DNA of 64,000 nt from contig JBFMGU010000002.1 in the NCBI GenBank assembly GCA_040752415.1, positions 37,294-101,293 of the forward strand. The letters run 5' to 3'. The position numbers were made by a program, and so were the translations under genes. This document shows positions 9,467 through 17,839 of the stretch, in pieces; the stretch's first letter is position 1, and each line of letters opens with the position of its first letter. This DNA is from Myxococcota bacterium (lineage in GTDB: Bacteria > Myxococcota > JACRCW01). The notes under the pieces were generated by a model. It worked only from the letters and a program-made list of their open reading frames with translations. It made no database searches and was not told where the DNA came from.

Positions 9467-10243
9467 TCAGGAGGCGGGTGCGCAGACGAAGGACAGCGCG
9501 TCCCGTCGGGCGGAGGCCACCTGCAGCAGCATCTTGAGCCCGGCGGCATCCAGCTCCACGACGCGACGGGGACCCACCGTGAGGTCCGTCCCGTCGGTGC
9601 GCACGGTGGTCTGACGCTCGCGGGCCTGGCGGATGGCCTCCGTCACGTGCGTGGGAACCTCGGTGCCGGTCTGCTCCCTGCGTCGCGCGGATTCCTCGCG
9701 GGCGCGCCACACGAACAGCTCGCTTTCCGCCTGCACGCGGGCCAGCTCGGCGGGGGCGCGCAGTCGCGGTGCACGCAACAGCTCCTCGGCGGCGCCGGGC
9801 GCGGTGATGGGCTTCAGCGCTTCGTCCATGGTCATGGGCTGGTGGTAGGCGGGCAGCTGCTGGTGACGACCCAACGCCCACAACAACGTGCCGGCCTGCT
9901 CCATGGCCCACGACGTGTCGGCGAGCTCCTGGCTGTCCCAGCCACCCAGCGGTCGCGCCATCAGCTCCCGCTCGCGCGCGGTGAAGGAGGAGTCCAGCGC
10001 CAACGCCTTCACCCGCTCCCGCAGCTGCTTGTGACGACGGTGCAGCTCCTTCACCTGCGTCTCCTGGCGCACCGTGGGGAGCTTCAGCTCCAGCCAGGCG
10101 CGGGAGGCCAGCAGGCTCAACGCCACGGCCCGACGCGCGGCCTGGTCCGCGGTGGCGCTGCGGAAGCACGCGTGCGGCCCGCTGGGCGTTGGCGGGGAGG
10201 CCTGGCTCAGCATCAGGGCAACGGCGAGCAGCGCGGAGGTCAT
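9467..10243 (-). CDS. DUF4272-like protein
   Basis: TARERELM, SWAMEQAGTLLWALG, LR...EL, WRARE pattern. Confidence 0.55.
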   Translation of the reverse strand: MTSALLAVALMLSQASPPTPSGPHACFRSATADQAARRAVALSLLASRAWLELKLPTVRQETQVKELHRRHKQLRERVKALALDSSFTARERELMARPLGGWDSQELADTSWAMEQAGTLLWALGRHQQLPAYHQPMTMDEALKPITAPGAAEELLRAPRLRAPAELARVQAESELFVWRAREESARRREQTGTEVPTHVTEAIRQARERQTTVRTDGTDLTVGPRRVVELDAAGLKMLLQVASARRDALSFVCAPAS

Positions 10244-10351
10244 GGCGGATTCCTAGGCCAGCAGCGGCGACGGCGCATCTGTGACCCGCCGGAGCGCAAC
10301 CATTCACGGGCTGGAGAGGGCGCGTCGGGGGCGGTTACCCTGGGGCTCCCC

Positions 10352-11824
10352 ATGGTGCGTGCCGCTCCCTTCCTGCTCGTCCCGTTGCTCGTGATGGCCG
10401 CGTCCTCCGCGTGGAGCGCGCTGCAATCCCGGGGCTCCAGCCCGCCGCTGGTCCAGCTCGCCGCGCTCGCGGAGGCCGCGGTTCTCGTCGACAAGGCCGC
10501 GGACCTGGGGGTGCACGCCGCGCCCGCGTTGGATTTCCTGGGCATGTCCATGCCGGAGCTGAGCGCGCGCCAGGCGGGCGTGATCCGTGGGCAGGATGGC
10601 AGTGCCGCGTTGCTCACCGTCGAGGGACTGGGCGACGCGGCGATTCCACCCCACGCGCCCCTGGCCGTGCTCCTGCTGGACTACGCGCCGGCGCCGGTGG
10701 TGGCGGTGCAGGGGATCTCCGACGAGGAATGCGCCACGTTGCGCGCCGCGGTGGCGGGCGGTCCCACGGAGAACGACGGGGAATGGCGCAAGGCGGGCGT
10801 GTGCGTGACGGTGGTGGGGGAATGCGGGCGACACCGGTGTGGTCCCGTGGGTCTGCCGCCGCCGGGCAAGCTCGGTGGCGCCTGCAGGACGCGGCTCTCG
10901 CTGCTGGAGTCCCTTCCGACGGGAGCGTTGCGTGCCGTCGTCGGCGGGACGCGCTTGCGGCGTTTCCTTCCGTCGGAGGCGGAGCCCTACCTGCGCACGG
11001 TGGATGCCGTGGCAATGCGCCTGGATGCGTCCGCTCCGACGTGGAAGATGCTCACCCGCGTGGCACTCACGCGCGCGGATTCCGCTCTGGACGGATGGCA
11101 GCCCCTGGCGGGCCGTCACGCCGCGCTCGATCCTGCGCCCGTCGTCGAGGTGACGCTGGCGCCCGACGCTGCGTCGCTCAAGCGGGTGCTGAATCCGCGG
11201 GAGCCTCCGCACGGCGCGGCGTTGCAGTCGCTGTGGGGTGATGACCTGTCAGCGCACCTGGTGCGCGCGGGGACGGAGTCGCTGACGTTGGCGTGGCGCG
11301 GGGTGGACAGCAGCATCCCACCGGAGGGCGGCGCGGCGGACCGGCTGTTCCATTTCTTTGGCGGGTTGACCGCGGTGACGTCGTCAGATGCCCAGGCGCG
11401 GGCGCTGGGGGAGGAGGCCGCGCGGCGTTTCAAGAGCCACGGATTCGAGGCCGACGGTCCCTACTGGGTGCGCGGTCCGCGTCTGCTGGGGTTGGTGCAG
11501 AAGGAGCGGCAGGTGGCCGTGATGACGGGGCCGTTCGCGCAACAGCCGTTCCAGGGCGCCACATCTCCGGTGCAACCGCCGTCGTCGGCAAGCGGCGCGG
11601 TGTTGCGCGTGCGCGGCAACGGTCGACGGCTGCGTGGCGTCATGGAATCCGTCCCCACGCTCCACGGCGCCTCCCGACGGGACCTGCGCGGCGTGCTGGC
11701 CGTGCGTGAGCTGTTCTCTCCCTCGCTGACGCGCCTGGGCGAGCTCACGGCGTGGCTGGTGCCGGAGCAGCGTGGGGCGCGCTGGAGCCTGCACGTGGAG
11801 GCGAACGTGGGGCCGCCGCGGTGA
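10352..11824 (+). CDS. Hypothetical exported protein
   Basis: Signal-peptide-like N-terminus (MVRAAPFLLVPLLVMAASSAWSA); fills the gap between neighbouring genes. Confidence 0.6.
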   Translation: MVRAAPFLLVPLLVMAASSAWSALQSRGSSPPLVQLAALAEAAVLVDKAADLGVHAAPALDFLGMSMPELSARQAGVIRGQDGSAALLTVEGLGDAAIPPHAPLAVLLLDYAPAPVVAVQGISDEECATLRAAVAGGPTENDGEWRKAGVCVTVVGECGRHRCGPVGLPPPGKLGGACRTRLSLLESLPTGALRAVVGGTRLRRFLPSEAEPYLRTVDAVAMRLDASAPTWKMLTRVALTRADSALDGWQPLAGRHAALDPAPVVEVTLAPDAASLKRVLNPREPPHGAALQSLWGDDLSAHLVRAGTESLTLAWRGVDSSIPPEGGAADRLFHFFGGLTAVTSSDAQARALGEEAARRFKSHGFEADGPYWVRGPRLLGLVQKERQVAVMTGPFAQQPFQGATSPVQPPSSASGAVLRVRGNGRRLRGVMESVPTLHGASRRDLRGVLAVRELFSPSLTRLGELTAWLVPEQRGARWSLHVEANVGPPR

Positions 11825-13537
11825 TCAGCGGATGTTCACTTCCACGCCGTCGAGGCGCGTCAGGGTGAAGCCGCTGAAATGCTCGTGGTAGGTGCCGCGC
11901 AGGTCGCGCAGGAAGCCAATGGCCACGGCTTCACCCAGTCGCATGCCTTCCATGGCGTCGGAGCGGAAGCCCGTCCCCGCCGCCACGCCCGCCAGCGCGA
12001 TGTTGGACGCCAGCTTGTGCAGCTCACCGCCCACCGTCAGCGGCGCGCCCTCGTACGGCAGGAGCAGCTGCCCATCCTCCGACGCCACCACCGACGCCGG
12101 CAGCACATACGCCTCCTTGAAGAACGCCTTGAGCACCGTGGCGCACGCGCCCGCCACCGCGGCGTGCCCCGAGGGATAGGCGGGATGCAACGGCGCGCCG
12201 CCGGGAGCGGCCTGGGAGAGCAGATAGGTGCCTTGCCGGTCATACACGCGGGTCAGCACGCCGGCGTGCAGCACGTCGGGATGGAGCGGGTAGCGGGTGC
12301 GCCCGGTCATGTGCAGGTGGATGCGCCCACCCATGGCCTCCGGTCGCAGGCGACGGTGCACGAGCCACTTCTGGTACCACGCGGCCTTCATGGCCACGCT
12401 GGCCACGCGCACCACCACGTCCAGCACGTTGCAGGGACCAAAGGTCAGCTCACCGCGCTGCGTGCGCCAGCCGTGGTACGGATTTGCCGACGAGAACGCG
12501 GCCTCACCGAGGGAGACGAGGAGCAACGCGGCATTCAGGAACGCCTGGAACGGGTGGTCGCGCAGCACGTACTCCGCCAGGTCGCGGCCGCAGCGGATGT
12601 GGCGCGGGACCTCTTCCGTCGTCGTCACGCCGGCGGGCAACGCGCCCTGCTGTACCGCCAGCCACTCCTCGTACGCGGTCAGGTGATCCTGTCCCACGAC
12701 GGGGAAACGCGCCTTCTGCACCACCTGGAGCACACCCTGGGGAACGTCCTGCCACAGGAATTGCGAGATGGGCGGACCGGCCAGGTCGCTGGGGGTGTTG
12801 CCGCGGAAGAGGCACGCGGGCGTCACCTGTCCGTTCTGACGCGGCCCGCGGTACTGGCTGCACGCCATGAGCTCGGTGCACGCCTGGCCCACGCGGTCGT
12901 CGACGGGAAACGCGGCATAGGGCACATCACGACACAACGCTTGCCAGTAAAGCTCCACCATCTCCGCGGCCGTCTCCGCGCTGCTGAACGTGGGCGGCAC
13001 CGTCATGCCCAGGTGGTGGCTGTCCGGTCCCTCCAGCGCGTACGCGTAGGCCGCCTGCGGATTGCAGAGCTTGTGCACACCGCCCAGCGGCACCGCCTCG
13101 AAGTGCTCGGAGCGTCCCGTGCTCAGCGCCGCAATCAGGCGCGCGTACGCCTCCGGGTCCACCTCACCCAGCGCGTTGTGCGGGAGCCCCTTGCTGTAGC
13201 TGGCAATGTGCTGCGCGTAGGCGTCGTCGTCGCCGTTGGTGGGGTGGCCGGGGAGGGGAACCCGACGCTGATACAACGAGGCCTTGTGACGCACCTGGAA
13301 GGCCTGGTTGCTGCGCTGGTGGGGCGAGAGCGGGCCTTTCTCGTCGCTGGGGGGCTCACGGGAGGGAGCGGGGGTCAACGCCTTCTGGCCCTCGCCCTCG
13401 CCCAGCAGCGTCACGCGGGAAGACTGGTAGGAGATGGACGCGCCGCGACCGCGCTCCGCCGCGCCAAGGGCCGGCGGCGTTCGTGGCAGGTTGTTCTTCA
13501 CTCCCGTGGAGACCACGTCCTTTTTCACGAGCCGCAC
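11825..13537 (-). CDS. Vanadium-dependent haloperoxidase homologue with degenerate third active-site motif; start uncertain
   Basis: YSKGLPH, EMVELYWQAL.RDVP, KWLVHRRLRPE, HPAYPSGHA; third motif reads ALAGVAAGTGFRSD. Confidence 0.85.
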   Translation of the reverse strand: MRLVKKDVVSTGVKNNLPRTPPALGAAERGRGASISYQSSRVTLLGEGEGQKALTPAPSREPPSDEKGPLSPHQRSNQAFQVRHKASLYQRRVPLPGHPTNGDDDAYAQHIASYSKGLPHNALGEVDPEAYARLIAALSTGRSEHFEAVPLGGVHKLCNPQAAYAYALEGPDSHHLGMTVPPTFSSAETAAEMVELYWQALCRDVPYAAFPVDDRVGQACTELMACSQYRGPRQNGQVTPACLFRGNTPSDLAGPPISQFLWQDVPQGVLQVVQKARFPVVGQDHLTAYEEWLAVQQGALPAGVTTTEEVPRHIRCGRDLAEYVLRDHPFQAFLNAALLLVSLGEAAFSSANPYHGWRTQRGELTFGPCNVLDVVVRVASVAMKAAWYQKWLVHRRLRPEAMGGRIHLHMTGRTRYPLHPDVLHAGVLTRVYDRQGTYLLSQAAPGGAPLHPAYPSGHAAVAGACATVLKAFFKEAYVLPASVVASEDGQLLLPYEGAPLTVGGELHKLASNIALAGVAAGTGFRSDAMEGMRLGEAVAIGFLRDLRGTYHEHFSGFTLTRLDGVEVNIR

Positions 13538-13858
13538 CTATGCCGGCCCCGCGCGAGCTGCCGCGAGGCTGGTCAGTGGAGGACACAAGCCATGGGTTGC
13601 ACGTCACGCGGACCGCGGTGTTCTCGTCGACACGCTCGCGACGAGGCCACCGTTCCCGCCCAATCCGGGCCGCATGTTGCCGCTGTGATTGGGAAGCGCA
13701 CATCACCGCTTCCAACACCCATCGTAACTGCGGGAAGTTGGGGTCGCATCGCGGAAATAGTCCTGATCACACGGGGGTTGACGGCGTCGCGGAAGGTTGT
13801 GACAACCGCGTTTCCGCGTCGGTGTGGCGTGTGAGGGGCTCTCCAGGCGGCGCGTCCA

Positions 13859-14548
13859 ATGACGGTGACTCCCACGGAAGAAGAGCTGCGCCTGATGCGC
13901 GTGACCCTGGCCGGCCGCCCCGTGGAGCTGTGGTGCGTGCGGGACCTGGACGTGTTCCTGGACCGCCTCATTGCCGTGCAGGGCACCGTGGGTGACGACG
14001 ACATCCCCTACTACGCGCACCTCTGGCCCACCGCGCGCGTGCTGGCCGAGGAGCTGCTCAAGGGCCCTTCCCTGGAGGGCGTGGCGGCGCTGGAGCTGGG
14101 TTGTGGCCTGGGGCTGGTGGGGCTGTGCGCGGCGCTGCAGGGCGCGCACGTGCTCATGACCGACCTGCAGCCTGGCGCGCTGGACCTGGTGATGAAGAAC
14201 GCGGCGCGCAACGGCGTCCAGGCGCGCATCACCACGCAGCTGCTGGACTGGCGACACCCGCCGGAGGGACTGCAACGCCCGCTCGTGCTCGCCTCCGACG
14301 TGCTCTACGAGGCGCGCTTTGCCGTTCCGTTGGCGGAGACGCTGCGCCGCGTGTTGCAGCCGGGCGGGATTGCATTGCTGGGGGACCCGTCACGACCGCA
14401 CCTGGACCGCTTCCTGGAGGCCGCCCACGACGTGGGATTGGCTGTCCGGCCCGGTCCGTTCCACGCGCCCACCGACAGCAGCGAGGTGCGCTTGTACGCC
14501 GTGCAGCACCGCGGGGATGCGCGCGTCAATGCTCCGTGGGAGCGCTGA
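13859..14548 (+). CDS. SAM-dependent methyltransferase (family 16 / METTL21-like)
   Basis: PYYAHLWP, LELGCGLGLVG, TD, LDW, ASDVLYE. Confidence 0.85.
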   Translation: MTVTPTEEELRLMRVTLAGRPVELWCVRDLDVFLDRLIAVQGTVGDDDIPYYAHLWPTARVLAEELLKGPSLEGVAALELGCGLGLVGLCAALQGAHVLMTDLQPGALDLVMKNAARNGVQARITTQLLDWRHPPEGLQRPLVLASDVLYEARFAVPLAETLRRVLQPGGIALLGDPSRPHLDRFLEAAHDVGLAVRPGPFHAPTDSSEVRLYAVQHRGDARVNAPWER

Positions 14549-14551
14549 GGC

Positions 14552-16765
14552 TCAGGGGTCGACGGAGACCTGCAGGACGAAGTCGCCCGCGGAGTCCGGT
14601 CCGTGCGCGTCGACGCCGAGGTAGAGCCACTGCGGGCCGCCGGTCTCGTTGGTGTAGACCAGCTCCTCGGGCCAGATGCCGCTCGCCTGGTCGGCGCCCG
14701 CCCAGCAGCAGCGGCTGGTGCAGTCCTGCAGGAGCCAGAGCGAGAGGTTGGCGCTGCTGGTGACGCGCGCGTCCAGCGTGTGTCCCGCCGGGATGAACAC
14801 GCTGTAGACCACGTCGCCACCGGTGTTGAGGAAGCCGGTGCACGCGCTGGAGGAGAACTCCACGTTGTTGGCCGCGCCCAGCGTGCTGCCGCGCACGGTG
14901 ATGGGCGTTTCCAGCGCAAAGGCGTTCTCGCAGCTCTCATTGGCGGGCGTCAGCCCGTACACGTCCACGCCGTACCAGGTGCCGCTGCGTCCCGGCGGAT
15001 TGCTCACCCGCAACGCGTAGGTGACACACGCCTGCGAGACGAACTGGAGCACCACGCGGTCCGGCTCCCGGGTGACGGTGTGCTGCACCGGGACGCCCAT
15101 GGCGTCGGTGAGCGAGGCCAGGACGGTGCCGGTGCCGTCATTGATGACCACGCGGGAGCCGGGCCCGGCCAGCGGGATGTTGAAGCGGAACTCGTCGTGG
15201 TCCTCGCCGCACAGGATGAGGTCCTCGATGTGCCCGCCGTTGATCTCCGTCGAGGTCTCGAAGCTGTTGTTCGGCTCGAGATCGTCGTCGTAGCAGAAGG
15301 CGGCGCCGGCCAGCTGGATGTCGTAGTTCACGCTGCTGTAGCCCACCGGGTTGTGCACCTCGACGAGGTACGTCTCCTCCGCGCGGCTGCTGAAGACCAT
15401 GTTGTGACCGCCCAGCGCGGAGTCATACGCACCGCTCACCGCCACCGGGGCCTCCGGGCTGCCCAGCGGGTAGATGCGCGCGTTCAGCTCCCCGTGGCCC
15501 TCCCAGTAGCGCAGCTGGATCTGGGTGTCGGGGCTGGCGGCGTTGACGCGGAAGGAGAAGTAGTCCACGTCGTCCTCACACAGGCGGCGCGCGTTGACGC
15601 CCAGGAACATGCTCCGCGCCTCATCCGCGCTGTTGTTCGGCTCCGAGGAGTCATCCTGGCAGAACCCGCCGCGCGCCAGCTCCACCGAGTATTCAATGCC
15701 GGAGGACTCCCCCAGGTATTGCACGCGCAGCACGTAGACCACGTCGGCCTCGCTGGGGAACGTGATGAGTGCCTGCCCATCCGCGTACACGCCCGTGGCC
15801 AGCGGCTCGCTCTCGCCCCGGCGGTAGACCGCGGTCTCCAGGTGGCCCGCCTGCTCGTCGTAGAGGACGCGCACCAGGGTGTCCGGGCGCGGCGTGGGCA
15901 CCGTGAAGCGGTAGTGGTCCAGGTTGCCGTCGCACGCCGAGAGGCGCGTGAGGATGTGCGGGAAGGCGTTGATGGGGCGCGCGGTCTCCTGCGTGTCATT
16001 CGGCTCGAACCGGTCCGTCAGGCAGGTCCCGCCGGCAATCACCCGCACCCGCAGCTGGTAGCCAGCGGGCTGCCCGCCCCAGTTGCGCACGCGCAGCAGG
16101 ACCGGGGTGTCCGTGGCAAACAGCGCGTGAGCCACCGCCTCCGCGTCGTCCACACCGTCGGAGACGGCGATGGGCTCGGCGGGATTGCTGGCTTGGTACA
16201 AGTAGAGGTCCAGGTCGCTCTCGTCGTGCTCGAACTGCAGCAGCGCGGAGACGCCGTACTGCGCGGGCACCGTGAAGTGGAACCAGTCATCATCCGCGCC
16301 GCACGCCTGCATCTCGGTGAACGCGGTCTCCGTCCCGGTCAGCGTGAGCTCACGCGCGTGCTCCGGGACGTTGTTGGGCTCGTAGATGTCGTCGTCACAG
16401 GAGGTGGGCGCGCCGCCGGTGGAAGTGGTGGAGGGCGGAGGCGGCGTGAGCCGGTCCGGGATGCACGCCGGGGCCACGCCGCCGGAGCCGCCCCCGGCGC
16501 TGCTGCTGCCGCCCGCGGAGGAGCTCACCGACGAGGAAACGCTGCCGTCATCTGTGCTGCTGCTTCCCCCACCGGAGCTGCTGGAGGTCAGCGCGCTGCC
16601 GCCGGAGGGAGCCTCCGACGTGGAGTCGCCGCCGCTGCTGCCCGACGCCGTGGCGTGGCGTTCATCCGGGGTCCGGTTGTCGTCGGAAGCCTGCCCTTGA
16701 GGGGCACATGCACCAACCATGGCAAGGATGCTTGCCAACCCGAAAGCCCGGACGCGACACACCAT
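14552..16765 (-). CDS. Lipoprotein with Ser-rich linker and tandem PPC-like (EPN..D-x-D-x-F) beta-sandwich repeats
   Basis: Lipobox-like MVGAC; four C-x-(D/T)D-x-x-EPN(N/D) repeats; GGAGG RBS. Confidence 0.75.
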   Translation of the reverse strand: MVCRVRAFGLASILAMVGACAPQGQASDDNRTPDERHATASGSSGGDSTSEAPSGGSALTSSSSGGGSSSTDDGSVSSSVSSSAGGSSSAGGGSGGVAPACIPDRLTPPPPSTTSTGGAPTSCDDDIYEPNNVPEHARELTLTGTETAFTEMQACGADDDWFHFTVPAQYGVSALLQFEHDESDLDLYLYQASNPAEPIAVSDGVDDAEAVAHALFATDTPVLLRVRNWGGQPAGYQLRVRVIAGGTCLTDRFEPNDTQETARPINAFPHILTRLSACDGNLDHYRFTVPTPRPDTLVRVLYDEQAGHLETAVYRRGESEPLATGVYADGQALITFPSEADVVYVLRVQYLGESSGIEYSVELARGGFCQDDSSEPNNSADEARSMFLGVNARRLCEDDVDYFSFRVNAASPDTQIQLRYWEGHGELNARIYPLGSPEAPVAVSGAYDSALGGHNMVFSSRAEETYLVEVHNPVGYSSVNYDIQLAGAAFCYDDDLEPNNSFETSTEINGGHIEDLILCGEDHDEFRFNIPLAGPGSRVVINDGTGTVLASLTDAMGVPVQHTVTREPDRVVLQFVSQACVTYALRVSNPPGRSGTWYGVDVYGLTPANESCENAFALETPITVRGSTLGAANNVEFSSSACTGFLNTGGDVVYSVFIPAGHTLDARVTSSANLSLWLLQDCTSRCCWAGADQASGIWPEELVYTNETGGPQWLYLGVDAHGPDSAGDFVLQVSVDP

Positions 16766-16930
16766 GGTGCCTCCACGCGCAGGCGCCCCCGTCCCCAGAC
16801 AACGGTTGGGGGACGCAGGCTGAAGCTCACGGTAGCAACGGGTGAGGATCGCGCGCACCCGTTTTTTGTCGTCATAACGTCGGAAAAGTGTCGCCGCCCC
16901 GCCGTTTTACCGACGGAGACCGTGACGACG

Positions 16931-17839
16931 TCAGGGTGTGCCTACGTGGCCAGGTGTGGGTGCGGGGCTCACCCGGATGGTGGGCCGCGGCATCACGCGA
17001 CGGGGAGATTCCAGTGCCGGCATGCGCTCTTGCACCCGACGCATGAGGTGCTGGTGCACGGGCTGGATTTGCGCACGGGTTGCGCGGGGAGCGGGAAGCT
17101 GTCCGGTGGCGGCGAAGAACGGTTGCAGCGCCAGGGGCACCACCTGCGGACCGGCGGCCAGCAGATCCGCGCCGCTGCGCAGCGAGGAGATCAGGAACGC
17201 GCTGGTGGCGGGGAGGTCCGCGTCGATGACGCCGGCGTAGTGGAACCAGGCGCGGCGGCCGATGCGCACGTCGTCACCGGGCACGTGGGCCAGTTGGTGC
17301 AGGCGCGCGCCGGGCTCCAGGCCAATCCACGCCTCGCCCACCTGGACGCGGATCGCGTCGGCGGTGACGTCGGCGCGGTCATCCTCCAGCGTGGCCCACA
17401 CGTCAGCGTAGAACGGGCCGCGCCCGCCGCTGAACATGGACACCAGGTGCAGCTCCACCGGCTCACCGCGCGCCAGGGCCGTGGCCCCCGACGTGCGCGA
17501 GGGCGTGGCCGCCTCAAACGGGATGCTCCACGTCAGCTCCGCCTGCTCCCCCGTCCAGCTCAGCGCCAGGAAGCCCATGCTGCTGAAGCTGCCGCCGCGG
17601 AACAGCGGGTCCATGAGCAGGTTGCCCACGCTGGTGGTGCCGAACATGGAGGTGTCCTCCTCCACGGTGCGCAGCGGCACGCCCGCGTCCTCCGTCGTCA
17701 CGCCGGCGTCCGGGTTCGTCGCCACGCCGCCGTCCTGGGCGGGACGCGCGGGGCCGGGACGCAGCGTGGTCTCCTGGCCGCCCGGGCGCACGTCCTGGCA
17801 CGCGGCAACCAACGCCAACAACACAAGCGACTTCTTCAC
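16931..17839 (-). CDS. Hypothetical lipoprotein
   Basis: VKKSLVLLALVAAC lipobox; GTGA overlap with the upstream gene; DGG/DAG linker. Confidence 0.7.
   Translation of the reverse strand: MKKSLVLLALVAACQDVRPGGQETTLRPGPARPAQDGGVATNPDAGVTTEDAGVPLRTVEEDTSMFGTTSVGNLLMDPLFRGGSFSSMGFLALSWTGEQAELTWSIPFEAATPSRTSGATALARGEPVELHLVSMFSGGRGPFYADVWATLEDDRADVTADAIRVQVGEAWIGLEPGARLHQLAHVPGDDVRIGRRAWFHYAGVIDADLPATSAFLISSLRSGADLLAAGPQVVPLALQPFFAATGQLPAPRATRAQIQPVHQHLMRRVQERMPALESPRRVMPRPTIRVSPAPTPGHVGTP

Noticed and set aside
9032..10351. 5' extension making a 930-aa ORF
   Set aside because: Overlaps two minus-strand genes; a signal-peptide-like start exists at 10352
16868..16929. Imperfect hairpin GTCGTCA..CGTCGGAAAA / TTTTACCGACG..TGACGAC
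   Set aside because: No U tract on the coding (minus) strand and no second copy; function unsupported
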